Positions 1 through 9,249 of a DNA stretch of 64,000 nucleotides are shown piece after piece. The stretch covers positions 864,001 to 928,000 of the forward strand of contig CAXXDN010000001.1 of the NCBI GenBank assembly GCA_963667465.2, read 5' to 3'. A model generated the notes under the pieces. It made no database searches. It worked only from the letters and a program-made list of their open reading frames with translations, and was not told the origin of the DNA. Position 1 is the first letter of the stretch, and the number at the start of each line of letters is the position of its first letter. The translations under genes and the position numbers were made by a program. Source of the DNA: Dehalococcoidia bacterium. Its GTDB lineage: Bacteria; Chloroflexota; Dehalococcoidia; UBA2979.

Positions 1-104
1 ACGCCCTCGGGCAGCCGCCTGGCGGCGAGCCGTTCGCCGGCCTCGTTCATGAGCTGGACATCGTGGTGGTCTTCGGACCAGTCGTCACCGACGTAGAGGG
101 TCAT
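1..104 (-). CDS. IS110-family transposase/recombinase, N-terminus only (runs off the window)
   Basis: Not in the ORF track. The reverse strand from ATG at 104 reads MTLYVGDDWSEDHHDVQLMNEAGERLAARRLPEG, matching the IS110 DEDD/RuvC-like N-terminal motif (GxDWxxxxHDV). AGGAAAG lies upstream as an RBS. Confidence 0.85.
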   Translation of the reverse strand, partial: MTLYVGDDWSEDHHDVQLMNEAGERLAARRLPEG

Positions 105-139
105 CGTGCCTCGCTTTCCTGCGCTTCGTGCTGCTGTTT

Positions 140-340
140 GCGACCTGCCGGGCTGGTCCTGCGACGGCCTAATGGACCAGTGCTCTCGGGCACGACACCC
201 CAGGAGTGCTGTGGACCACCCGGACGCACCAGCCGGGGCACGGTCTCTCCCTGGAGATCGCAGTGTCTCGGGGAGGGGCAGTGCTCACCGGCCGGCCGGT
301 CCAAGACCAGTCTCCCAGATCGCTCCAGGGTCCGGTCGAA
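140..340 (-). ncRNA. Putative IS110 bridge RNA (target-binding and donor-binding loops)
   Basis: Two internal-loop modules on the minus strand: CCCCTCCCC-[GAGACACTGCGATCTC]-CAGGGAGAG and GGGGTGTC-[GTGCCCGAGAGCAC]-TGGTCCATTAGG. CCATTAGG is the reverse complement of the element end CCTAATGG. Ends are approximate. Confidence 0.65.
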
Positions 341-376
341 CCCCATTAGGGGGGCGGAGGGAGAGGGGGGGGCGAG

Positions 377-1630
377 CTAGAGCGAGACGGGGAACTCCGT
401 CAGGCCCTCGCGAGGGGCGCCGACGAGGATCGCCATGTTGCCCGGCGGGTGCTCGTTCTCGTACATCAGCTGGTGGCTCTCACCGACCTCCTCGAAGGCG
501 AAGACGCGCGAGAGCGCGGGGTCGATGCGGCCCTGCACGACGTAGTCGTTGAACTCGGCGCACTCCTCGACGTTGGCGAAGTGCGATCCCTGGAAGCGCT
601 TCTGGCGCATCCACAGGTAGCGCAGGTCCACGTCCGCGTTGTAGCCGGAGGTGCCGGCGCAGATGACCACCATCCCGCCGTTGTCGACGAGGAAGATCGA
701 GGTCGGGATCGTCGCCTCGCCCGGGTGGTCGAAGACGATCGTCGGGTTACGCCGCTCGCCGAGGGCGTCCCAGAAGGCGCGCCCGAACTGGCGCGCTCCG
801 CCGGCCCACTCGCCGAACGCCGCGGCGTCGTCGATGTCCGGGAGGCGGCCCCAGTGGTCGAAGTCGCGGCGGTTGATCACGCCCTTCGCGCCCAGCTGGT
901 GGCAAAACTCGTACTTGGACTCGTCGGAGACGACGGCGATCGGGATGCCGCCGAACTCGCGCACGATCTGGATGGCCATGCAGCCGAGGCCGCCCGCGCC
1001 GCCCCAGACCAGCACCGGGTCGCCCTCGTTGACGACGTTGGGCGGCCAGCCGCGCAGCATCCGCCAGGCGGTCGCGCCGACGAGCATGTAGGCGGCGGCG
1101 GCCTCCCAGCTGAGGTGCGGCGGCTTGGGGTAGCACTGGTAGCGGTCGACGAGGCAGTACTGGGCGAAGGAGCCCCAGTTCTCCTCGTAGCCCCAGACCT
1201 TGTTGGTGTTCGACATCATCGGGTCGCGGCCGGCGGCGATGTCGGCGGCGTCCTCGTCCCACATCCCGCAGGAGAGCACGACCTCGTCACCGACCTTGAC
1301 GTTCGTGACCTCGTCGCCGACGGCCCAGACGATGCCCGAGGCATCGGAACCGCCGATGTGGAAGTCCTCCTCGGCGCCCTGGCGGCGGCGCGCGTCGATC
1401 ACGTTGACGGGGGTGCCGAGGGCGGCCCAGACGTTGTTGTAGTTGGTGCCCGCCGCCATCACGTAGACCAGCACCTGGCGCGGGCCCACCGCGGGCACGT
1501 CGATCTGCTCGATCGCGAAGGCGTCGCGCGGCTGGCCGAAGCGCGATTCGCGGATCAGGCTGGCGTGCATCTTTTGCGGGACTTCGCCGACGGGCGGCGC
1601 CTCGCCGACGTTCGTGATCTCGATCGCCAT
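377..1630 (-). CDS. ccrA: Crotonyl-CoA carboxylase/reductase
   Basis: Motifs [65 protein letters not shown]. Start set at MAIEIT, with AGGAG upstream. Confidence 0.9.
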   Translation of the reverse strand: MAIEITNVGEAPPVGEVPQKMHASLIRESRFGQPRDAFAIEQIDVPAVGPRQVLVYVMAAGTNYNNVWAALGTPVNVIDARRRQGAEEDFHIGGSDASGIVWAVGDEVTNVKVGDEVVLSCGMWDEDAADIAAGRDPMMSNTNKVWGYEENWGSFAQYCLVDRYQCYPKPPHLSWEAAAAYMLVGATAWRMLRGWPPNVVNEGDPVLVWGGAGGLGCMAIQIVREFGGIPIAVVSDESKYEFCHQLGAKGVINRRDFDHWGRLPDIDDAAAFGEWAGGARQFGRAFWDALGERRNPTIVFDHPGEATIPTSIFLVDNGGMVVICAGTSGYNADVDLRYLWMRQKRFQGSHFANVEECAEFNDYVVQGRIDPALSRVFAFEEVGESHQLMYENEHPPGNMAILVGAPREGLTEFPVSL

Positions 1631-1747
1631 CGTCCATGCTCCTGTTCGCGCCGTCACTGCGAGGTGTCGCGGTCCTCGCGGGCCGCGAGCCCGCGTATCC
1701 TACCGAGCAGCGCGGGTCACCGCGAGCGAACGGGGACGGAGCCGAAG

Positions 1748-2260
1748 CTGACCGATCAGACACAGCCACCAGCGGAGGGGTTCTCCGCAGCGCCCCCGCC
1801 GCGCATCCGGCCGCTGGCGATCGGCCTGCTGCTGCACGAGGACCGGCTACTCTTTGCCGAGGGCCATGACGCCGTGAAGGGCGAGACCTTCTATCGCGCC
1901 CTCGGCGGGGAGATCGAGTTCGGCGAGGCGGCCGCCGCCGCCGTCGTGCGCGAGTTCCGCGAGGAGCTGGGCCGCGCCGTCGAGGTCCGCGCGCCGCTTG
2001 GCGTGGTCGAGAACCGCTTCACCCTCCACGGCGAGCCCGGGCACGAAGTGATCTTCGAGTTCCTCATGGACTTCGCCCCGGGCGAGGCGCCCGGGGACTT
2101 CGCGCCGCTGACGGCCGACGAGGGCGGCTACCCCTTTACCGCGAGGTGGCTACCCCTCGCCGAGGTGCTGGCCGGCGCATGGCGTGTCTACCCGGAGGGC
2201 GTCCCGGAGCGCCTGGCGGGCTGGCTCAACGCAAGCTTCAGCGCGTCCCGGCCGCGCTGA
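1748..2260 (+). CDS. NUDIX hydrolase
   Basis: Nudix box GGEIEFGEAAAAAVVREFREELG. Start uncertain; the best candidate is CTG with GGAG upstream. Confidence 0.8.
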   Translation: MTDQTQPPAEGFSAAPPPRIRPLAIGLLLHEDRLLFAEGHDAVKGETFYRALGGEIEFGEAAAAAVVREFREELGRAVEVRAPLGVVENRFTLHGEPGHEVIFEFLMDFAPGEAPGDFAPLTADEGGYPFTARWLPLAEVLAGAWRVYPEGVPERLAGWLNASFSASRPR

Positions 2261-2272
2261 CCCTGGCCGCGC

Positions 2273-4645
2273 CTACTCGTCGAGGGCATGCACGGCGTCG
2301 GTGACGTGCGCCGCGAGCCGTCCGATCTCGTCATCGTCCTCGATGCGCCGTCCGTTGGCGCGGCGCACGTAGAAGGCGTCGACGATCTCGTGGCCGAGGG
2401 TGTTGACCTTCGCCATGTGGATGTCGAGCCCCACCTCGTGGAGCACGCTGGTGATCGCGTAGAGCAGTCCGAGGCGGTCGGCGGCGCGGATCTCGAGGAT
2501 CGAGTAGTCGGCCGAACCCGTGTTGTCGACGGTGACGCTGGTGGGGATCGGAGCGGGTGGCTCCCCGCGGTAGGCATCGCGGGTCTCGGCGAGGCGCTGC
2601 TCGATCGGGAATTCTCCGGCGAGTGCGCTCGGCACGGCCTCGATGATCCGCTCCCAGCGGCGTTCGTCGATCTCCCGTCCGCGCGCGTCGGCGAGGTGCA
2701 TCACGTCGACGGCGACGCCGTCGTTGCGCGTGAAGGCGGTGCCGCCGAGCACGTTCACGTTGTGCACCGTGAGCGTGCCGGAGACGGCCTGCAGGATGCC
2801 GGGCTGGTCCGCCGTGACGATCGTCAGCCGATCGATGGAGCCGATCCGGTCGTGGTGCAGCATCGGCGTGAGCGGGCCCCTCCTACCGGAGCGGCTCGAG
2901 TCCAGCACGCCCCCGGCGATCAGCTCGATGTGCCGGCCGATCGCGAGCGGCTCCATCGAGAGCAGGTAGTTGACCGGCAGCTGCTCGAGGTGCCGCTCCA
3001 CGGACTGCGGGGCGACCCAGCCGCTGAGCCCCTGGATCGCCGCGCGCCGCCGCCGCGCGACGGCGGTCCGCAGCGAGACGTCGGAGAGCGCCTCGCGCAC
3101 GCGCATGTAGAGCGAGCGCATCAACTGGGCCGTCCAGGCATTCCAGATGTCGGATCCGCAGCCCCTGGCGTCGGCGACCGAGACGAGATAGAGCAGGTTG
3201 AGCGTGCGCACGTCGCCGACCTGCTCGGCGACATCGCGGATCACGCGCTCGTCGGCGATGTCGCGCCGCGTCGCTACCATCGGCAGCAGCAGGTGGTGGC
3301 GCACGGTCGCCGCGAGGAGCCCGGCGGTCTCGTCGCCGAGGCCGGCGCGATCAGCGAAGCGCTCGGCGATCACCGCGCCGACCTCGCTGTGCGAGCCCTC
3401 GTGGCCCTTGCCGATGTCGTGCAGCAGCGCCGCGACCAGCAACTCGTCGCGGTCCTCGAGCTCGGCGACCGGCTCCGGAGCGCCGGACTCCTCGTCGCCC
3501 TCGGCGAGCCGAATGGCCTCGGTCACGGTGCGCCAGCTGTGCACGTCTACGGGGTGCACGTGGAAGGGCGCGACGTGCGGCTGGTTGCGCAGCACCTCCC
3601 ACTCCGGGAGCAGGCGCTCCAGCCACCCGCTGCGCGGCAGCGGATCGAGCGGTCCGCCCGGCCCCGCCCCGCGCAGCGCCGCGAGGAGCCGATCGAGATC
3701 GCCGCGGCCGTCTTCCGCAGGCGCGCCGTCCGGGCGCCTGCCGTCCTCGGCTGCCGCGCTCCGCCGGGGGAGCCAGCCGCTCCAGCGCCGGCCGCTGGAG
3801 GAGGCGGCGGCGGCGCGCAGCGCCGCGGCGGTCGCCGCGTCTACGGCTCGCACCGTCGCGCTGACGCGGCGGCTCCAGTCCGTGCGACCGACGCCGAGGC
3901 GCTCGCTCACCTCGTCGAGCAGGTCGCGGCGCAGCCGATCGTTGGCGCGGTCGTCGAGCGAGTGCAGCGCGTTGCGCGTCGCGAGCAGCACCTCGCGGGC
4001 GTCAGCGAGCTCCGGGGCGAGTTCGGGCGGGTCGCCGCCTTCGGCGATCGCCTCGGTGGCGGCGAGCCAGAGCGTGGTTTGCAGCGAGCGCAGTCCGCCG
4101 CGGCTGGTCTTGAGGTCCGGTTCCTGCAGCTGCCAGGGCTCGCGCGCCAGCGTCGCCTCGTATGCCGCAGCGAGTTCCGCTCGCATCCACCCGCGGCCAC
4201 CGCGCACGGTCTTGCGCCAGCGCCGGCGGAAGCGTTCGAACAGCGCCTCGTCGCCGGCGACCAGGCGGGCATCGAGGAGCGAGGTGAAGGTCTGCACGTT
4301 CTCGCGAGCCGCGGCCCCGACCTGGCGCAGGGTGCGCACGGAGTGGCCGACCTGCAGGCCGCTGTCCCACAGCGGGTAGAGCATGGCCTCGCTGACCCAG
4401 CGCTCCGGCTGGCGGTCGAACAGCAGCATCAGGTCGATATCGGAGTGCCGGCACTGCTCGCGGCGTCCGCTGCTCCCGACCGCGACGATGGCGATGCCCT
4501 CGGGAGGGAGGGCAGCGGCGAGGGCGCGCAGGCTCTCGTCGAGCGCGTCGCTCAGTTCGTGGCAGAGCGCGAGGCCGGCGCTGCCGGGGGGACGCGCAAA
4601 GGCGCGCCCGGCAACTGCCGAGCGCGCCTCCAGGAATGGCTGCAT
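2273..4645 (-). CDS. glnD: [Protein-PII] uridylyl/adenylyltransferase GlnD
   Basis: Nucleotidyltransferase motif AVGSSGRRE..HSDIDL, EPDLKTSRGGLR, HD motif LLHDIGKG, and two ACT domains (DQPGIL, DRLGLLY...DAFYV). Lies downstream of the PII gene. Confidence 0.9.
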   Translation of the reverse strand: MQPFLEARSAVAGRAFARPPGSAGLALCHELSDALDESLRALAAALPPEGIAIVAVGSSGRREQCRHSDIDLMLLFDRQPERWVSEAMLYPLWDSGLQVGHSVRTLRQVGAAARENVQTFTSLLDARLVAGDEALFERFRRRWRKTVRGGRGWMRAELAAAYEATLAREPWQLQEPDLKTSRGGLRSLQTTLWLAATEAIAEGGDPPELAPELADAREVLLATRNALHSLDDRANDRLRRDLLDEVSERLGVGRTDWSRRVSATVRAVDAATAAALRAAAASSSGRRWSGWLPRRSAAAEDGRRPDGAPAEDGRGDLDRLLAALRGAGPGGPLDPLPRSGWLERLLPEWEVLRNQPHVAPFHVHPVDVHSWRTVTEAIRLAEGDEESGAPEPVAELEDRDELLVAALLHDIGKGHEGSHSEVGAVIAERFADRAGLGDETAGLLAATVRHHLLLPMVATRRDIADERVIRDVAEQVGDVRTLNLLYLVSVADARGCGSDIWNAWTAQLMRSLYMRVREALSDVSLRTAVARRRRAAIQGLSGWVAPQSVERHLEQLPVNYLLSMEPLAIGRHIELIAGGVLDSSRSGRRGPLTPMLHHDRIGSIDRLTIVTADQPGILQAVSGTLTVHNVNVLGGTAFTRNDGVAVDVMHLADARGREIDERRWERIIEAVPSALAGEFPIEQRLAETRDAYRGEPPAPIPTSVTVDNTGSADYSILEIRAADRLGLLYAITSVLHEVGLDIHMAKVNTLGHEIVDAFYVRRANGRRIEDDDEIGRLAAHVTDAVHALDE

Positions 4646-4702
4646 GGCCGGAACCTGAACCATTCCGATGCGTCTCCCCGTTTGCGCGGGGGAGGTAGCT
4701 CC

Positions 4703-5047
<345 letters not shown>

Positions 5048-6301
5048 CTACTCCGTCAGCACGTAGCCCTGCTCTTCGTGCAGGGCTACATCGAGGCCAC
5101 GGCGCTCCTCGTCCTCGGAGACGCGCAGACCCATTGTCCGATCGATGATAACCGCGATCACGTACGTGACGACGAACGAGAACACGAGCGCAACGACGAT
5201 CGAGATCGCCTGCCGCAGCAGTTGCTCCACGTTGCCGAAGAACGCGCCGTCGGTGCCGCCGATCGCCGCCTCGGCGAAGAGGCCGAGCAGCAGCGCGCCG
5301 ACGATGCCGCCGACCATGTGGACGGCGACCACGTCGAGCGAGTCGTCGAAGCCGTAGCGGAACTTGATCTGCAGCGCGAGGAAGCAGATCAGACCCGCCG
5401 CCGCGCCGATGACCAGCGCCCAGAGCGGACTGACGAAGCCCGCCGCCGGGGTGATCGCGACCAGGCCGGCGACCGCGCCCGAGGCGAAGCCGAGCGTGGT
5501 CGGGCGGCCGTGCTTGAACTGCTCGGCCAGCGCCCAGGTGAGGGCGGCCACGCCCGCAGCGATCTGCGTCGTCAGGAAGGCGTTGCCGGCCGCGCCATCT
5601 GCGGCGAGGGCCGAGCCGGCGTTGAAGCCGAACCAGCCGAACCACAGCATCCCGGCGCCCAGCACCGTGAACGGCAGCGCGTGCGGCCGCATCACCTCAC
5701 GGCGCCAGCCGAGCCGCGGACCAAGCACCATCACCAGCGCCAGCGCCGCGACACCAGCGTTGATGTGCACCACCAGGCCGCCGGCGAAGTCGAGCGCCCC
5801 GATGCCGGGAATCTCCGTGCCCTCGCTGGAGCCGATGAAGCCGCCGCCCCAGACCCAGTGGGCCATGGGTGCGTAGACGATGATCGACCAGATCGCGATG
5901 AACACGACCCAGGAGCTGAACTTCATCCGCTCAGCGACCGCGCCCGAGATGAGCGCGGGGGTGATGATCGCGAACATGAGCTGGAACAGCAGGAACACCG
6001 AGTCCGGGATGTCGTCCCCGTCATCGAGGCCGATCTCCGTTCCGAAGCCCAACTCGCCGAGCGCGAAGAACTCCAGGTTTCCGATCAGTCCCAGACCGCC
6101 TACGTCCCCGCTGAATGCCAGCGAGTAACCGATCACGATCCAGGTGACCGTGACGACGCCCATGGCCACGTAATTCTTCATCAGCATCGCGAGGACGTTG
6201 CGTCCACGCACCATGCCTCCGTAGAAGAACGCGAGCCCGGGCGTCATGAACAACACGAGCGCGGTGCTCGTGAGCAGCCATGCTGTATGGCCAGTATCCA
6301 T
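5048..6301 (-). CDS. amtB: Ammonium transporter
   Basis: LFMTPGLAFFYGG, FQLMFAIITPALISGAVAER, DFAGGLVVH, WFGWFGFNAGS, DDSLDVVAVH. Start MDTGHT after AGGAGG. Confidence 0.95.
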   Translation of the reverse strand: MDTGHTAWLLTSTALVLFMTPGLAFFYGGMVRGRNVLAMLMKNYVAMGVVTVTWIVIGYSLAFSGDVGGLGLIGNLEFFALGELGFGTEIGLDDGDDIPDSVFLLFQLMFAIITPALISGAVAERMKFSSWVVFIAIWSIIVYAPMAHWVWGGGFIGSSEGTEIPGIGALDFAGGLVVHINAGVAALALVMVLGPRLGWRREVMRPHALPFTVLGAGMLWFGWFGFNAGSALAADGAAGNAFLTTQIAAGVAALTWALAEQFKHGRPTTLGFASGAVAGLVAITPAAGFVSPLWALVIGAAAGLICFLALQIKFRYGFDDSLDVVAVHMVGGIVGALLLGLFAEAAIGGTDGAFFGNVEQLLRQAISIVVALVFSFVVTYVIAVIIDRTMGLRVSEDEERRGLDVALHEEQGYVLTE

Positions 6302-6359
6302 ACGTCCGCCCCTCCTCTCACCGCCGCGGTGGCGGATGTGAGCAGGATGCGTCTCAGGT

Positions 6360-6419
6360 GTTTCGCTTGATTTACGCCTGTGTTTCGCCCGATTTACGCC
6401 TGTGTTTCGAATGCGTTGC
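6360..6419 (-). promoter_or_regulatory. Triple GlnR-box-like array upstream of amtB
   Basis: Minus strand GCAAC-n6-GAAAC-n6-GTAAA-n6-GAAAC-n6-GTAAA-n6-GAAAC, i.e. 22-bp direct repeats resembling the actinobacterial GTNAC-n6-GAAAC box. Confidence 0.7.
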
Positions 6420-6518
6420 GCGCGCGTGCCACGCGGACGCGCCGTGCGGGCAGCGCCCGCGCCCCCTACAATCGCGCCCAGCACCGCGCACGCCGCGGCC
6501 CCGGGCGGGAGAGCGACC

Positions 6519-7523
6519 ATCAGCGACGAAACGGCTGCCAGCGAGGCGACCGGCGCCACCGAGGCGCCGGAGACTCAGGCCGCCGCGCGCCCCTTCCTCA
6601 AGTGGGCCGGCGGCAAGACCCAGATCCTCGACGAACTCGTCGCGCGCGCTCCCGAGCGCATCGACACCTACTACGAGCCCTTCCTCGGCGGCGGCGCGCT
6701 CTTCTTCCGCCTCGCCGCGGACCCGGAGCGGCGGCCCCACCGCGCCGTGCTCAACGACCGCAACCACGAGCTGATCGCCGCCTTCCGCGCGGTTCGCGAC
6801 GACGCCGGAGCGCTGATCGAGCGGCTCGGCGAGCGGCAGCGCGCGTACCTCGATCTCGATGGCGAGGGGCGTGGTGACTATTACTACGCCGTGCGCCAGG
6901 AGTACCGCGAGATCGCCACGGACGGCGGCGCGAGTGACATCGAGGTCGCCTCGCGGCTGATCTTCCTCAACAAGACCTGCTTCAACGGCCTCTATCGCGT
7001 CAACCGGCGCGGCGAGTTCAACGTCCCGCACGGGCGCTACGTGCGCCCCCGCATCCTCGACGCCGCAGGCATCGAGGCCGCCTCGGCCGCGCTCGCTGTC
7101 GCCGATCTGCGCAACGTTGACTTCGAAGAGGCAAGTGAGGGTGCGGGGCAAGACGACTTCGTCTACTTCGACCCCCCATTCCAGCCGCTCTCGGAGACCG
7201 CGAGCTTCACCGCCTACACGGAGGATGGGTTCGGCCCGGTCGACCAATTGCGGCTCAAGTGGTGGGTCGACGAACTGAGTCGACGGGGTGTACCGGCACT
7301 CGTCTCGAACTCCGAGGACAAGTGGCTCCGAGGCGTATATGAGGGCGGTGGGTACGTAGTCGGTGAACTCGAAAAGATGGAATCCTACTGGCCAGACTTG
7401 GGACGCGCCGAGAAAGTCACCACGAACCGGCTAATCAACTCGCGCGGTGATCTCCGACAGGACTTCGTCGAACTCCTAATCTCGAATCATGCGCTGCTGT
7501 CGGCGAGCAAGAAAAAGAGCTGA
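6519..7523 (+). CDS. DNA adenine methyltransferase, Dam/D12 (alpha) class
   Basis: PFLKWAGGK, YYEPFLGGG, IFLNKTCFNGLYRVN, FVYFDPPF. Start uncertain (ATC at 6519 with GGGAG, or a GTG/ATG at 6402-6444). Confidence 0.9.
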   Translation: MSDETAASEATGATEAPETQAAARPFLKWAGGKTQILDELVARAPERIDTYYEPFLGGGALFFRLAADPERRPHRAVLNDRNHELIAAFRAVRDDAGALIERLGERQRAYLDLDGEGRGDYYYAVRQEYREIATDGGASDIEVASRLIFLNKTCFNGLYRVNRRGEFNVPHGRYVRPRILDAAGIEAASAALAVADLRNVDFEEASEGAGQDDFVYFDPPFQPLSETASFTAYTEDGFGPVDQLRLKWWVDELSRRGVPALVSNSEDKWLRGVYEGGGYVVGELEKMESYWPDLGRAEKVTTNRLINSRGDLRQDFVELLISNHALLSASKKKS

Positions 7524-7560
7524 AGCCACGTCTTGAAGTCGTCCAGCTCGAACGTCTTGG
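7487..7560 (-). pseudogene. C-terminal remnant of a second PD-(D/E)XK nuclease allele
   Basis: Reads KTFELDDFKTWLQLFFLLADSSA*, which aligns with the end of the 8646-9029 nuclease (KAVELEDLEMWLRLYFAL*). Confidence 0.6.
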
Positions 7561-7658
7561 TGTCGCAACCATAGTCTTCGTCGGGGCCTATCCGTACGTT
7601 AGACTCCGCGCGAGCCGCCTCGGAGCCTCGCGTTGGGAAACTGGTTCGGAGCTAACCC

Positions 7659-8521
7659 TTGCCCCGTTACAAGAAGCAGCGAGCTGCGCACGAGTTCTTC
7701 CTGGCGAAGCTAGAGGCCAACGAGGCGTTCACGGTCCAAGACCTAGTCGCTGCTACTGGCTGGGCCGACGGGAGCGTCAGTACTATCTGAGTAAGCAGTA
7801 CCACGAACTCATCGAACGCCGGCCGGGCCAGACGCTCCGCGTGAGACCGCGGTTCCGGCGGATCAGCTGGGAACGATTCCGCCGACTCTCAACTCAAAGG
7901 CGCCAGATCTTTCAGGAGTACCGCCGCCGGAGCTACGACGCAGTCGTCCAGTACGAGTTCTTGCTCCCGCTCACGCGGGAGGACCAGCTTCGAGAATCGC
8001 TCGACTCGCTGTTCTTCGTGGACGCGATTCGTCAGCGGCTCGATGAGATCGACATCGACGAGTTGACGAGCTGGGTCGGTCAGAAGCCGGAGGAGAGCGT
8101 GAGAGATTACCTCCAGAGGCTGACGGACTTGGTTGGAAGGACCTTCGGCGGCTACTCGGTAAGCCACGTCGATGGCCGATTTCGTGACGGAGACCTTCTC
8201 ACGCGCGAGGATGCTGCCCGGCTCGTCGCGGCGCGCGATGCCTACATTGTCGACGAGACGACTGCGAGCGTTCGGTTCATCGTACCCATTGCCTCGACCG
8301 AACAGCAGCACGAGGGCACATTCGCTGACTCTGGGGTCGATGTCCCGCACGTTGAGATGGTGGGGGGCGCAGCCGAGGAAGTAAGGCTGACTCGGCAACT
8401 CTTCTTCGGGCTCTTTGTGGAAGCGATAGTGTCATCAATCCAAGGTGAGGCGGAAATCTGGCTCATCGAGCGAGGGCCGCACGGGGAGAGACTGTTCGTA
8501 TGGGAGAGGCTTACTCCTTAG
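7659..8521 (+). pseudogene. Frameshifted hypothetical gene (possible N-terminal wHTH)
   Basis: TTG at 7659 (GGAG upstream) gives MPRYKKQRAAHEFF...ATGWADGSVST and stops at 7790. Adding one base near 7783 joins it to YLSKQYHELIE... and the 7841-8521 ORF. Less GC-rich than the flanking genes. Confidence 0.6.
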
Positions 8522-8567
8522 TCCAGCTCCTCCTCCCCGAAGGCCGCCTGGTGCAGCCACTACAACG

Positions 8568-8639
8568 CCCGCACGCCGCGCGATCGACGCGCGCGGCAAC
8601 GGCCGTGGCCCGATCGACGAGCTCGCGATCAGCTACTAG
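8568..8639 (+). pseudogene. Displaced 3' end of a Dam methyltransferase gene
   Basis: PARRAIDARGNGRGPIDELAISY* matches the Dam C-terminal motif; compare the current gene end TNRLINSRGDLRQDFVELLISN. Confidence 0.7.
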
Positions 8640-8645
8640 CCGCCG

Positions 8646-9029
8646 TCAAAGCGCGAAGTAGAGCCTGAGCCACATCTCCAGGTCTTCAAGTTCCACAGCC
8701 TTCCCGCTTGCGAGCAGGAATGACCGCATGTTTGTGGTGAACCCCGGTCCGGTGAAGCACACGATGCCCTCAATTGGCCACGCGCTGATGTCCTCGATCG
8801 TGGCAGGGATCTTCTCCTCGGCCGTGCCCCGTGTTCCCTGCCACTTGCACTCGATGCCGAGCGAGCGCCTCAGCTCAGGCTCGGTGAGTACTACGTCGAT
8901 GTGGCGCTCGGCGCCCCAGATCCGGCGTCCGACCTTCACCTGTCTCCTGGCTTGCAGGCCAAGCGCTCGGCCGATGGCTGCGACGGCGGCCTCGAGGCTC
9001 TTTCCGCTTCGAGCGTCGGGTACGGCCAT
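8646..9029 (-). CDS. Small PD-(D/E)XK nuclease, putative restriction endonuclease partner of the MTase
   Basis: SGKSLE, HIDVVL...IECKWQ...AEEKIP catalytic pattern. Convergent with the Dam-type gene. Confidence 0.75.
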   Translation of the reverse strand: MAVPDARSGKSLEAAVAAIGRALGLQARRQVKVGRRIWGAERHIDVVLTEPELRRSLGIECKWQGTRGTAEEKIPATIEDISAWPIEGIVCFTGPGFTTNMRSFLLASGKAVELEDLEMWLRLYFAL

Positions 9030-9249
9030 CGCTTCCCCCTCAGGCGTGCCGGATGCCGGTGTGCGCGGCGATCTCCGAGTCGAGCGTTGCGAGGTGCTCC
9101 GTCGTCAGCTCGTGGATGTCGGCGATGCCGACCGCGCGGACCCCTCCCGGTTGCGGGCGCATCGTAGCAATCGAGGACGTGAACGCGGCTCTCCTTACTC
9201 GCGCGGGGCGCTAGAATCGCCGTACTCCCCGCAGCTCCGAGGTGACCTC

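Larger units (their letters stand above)
1..349 (-). mobile_element. IS110-family insertion sequence, left end (partial)
   Basis: Transposase 5' end plus a ~245-nt non-coding leader. No terminal inverted repeats are expected for IS110. The left boundary is placed at a CT core (plus strand 348-349) because the reverse complement of this end occurs inside the leader. Confidence 0.75.

Noticed and set aside
7541-8529. 9-bp match GTCCAGCTC at 7541-7549 and 8521-8529 as a target-site duplication
   Set aside because: Too short to separate from chance in GC-rich DNA. The duplicated gene ends explain the locus better.
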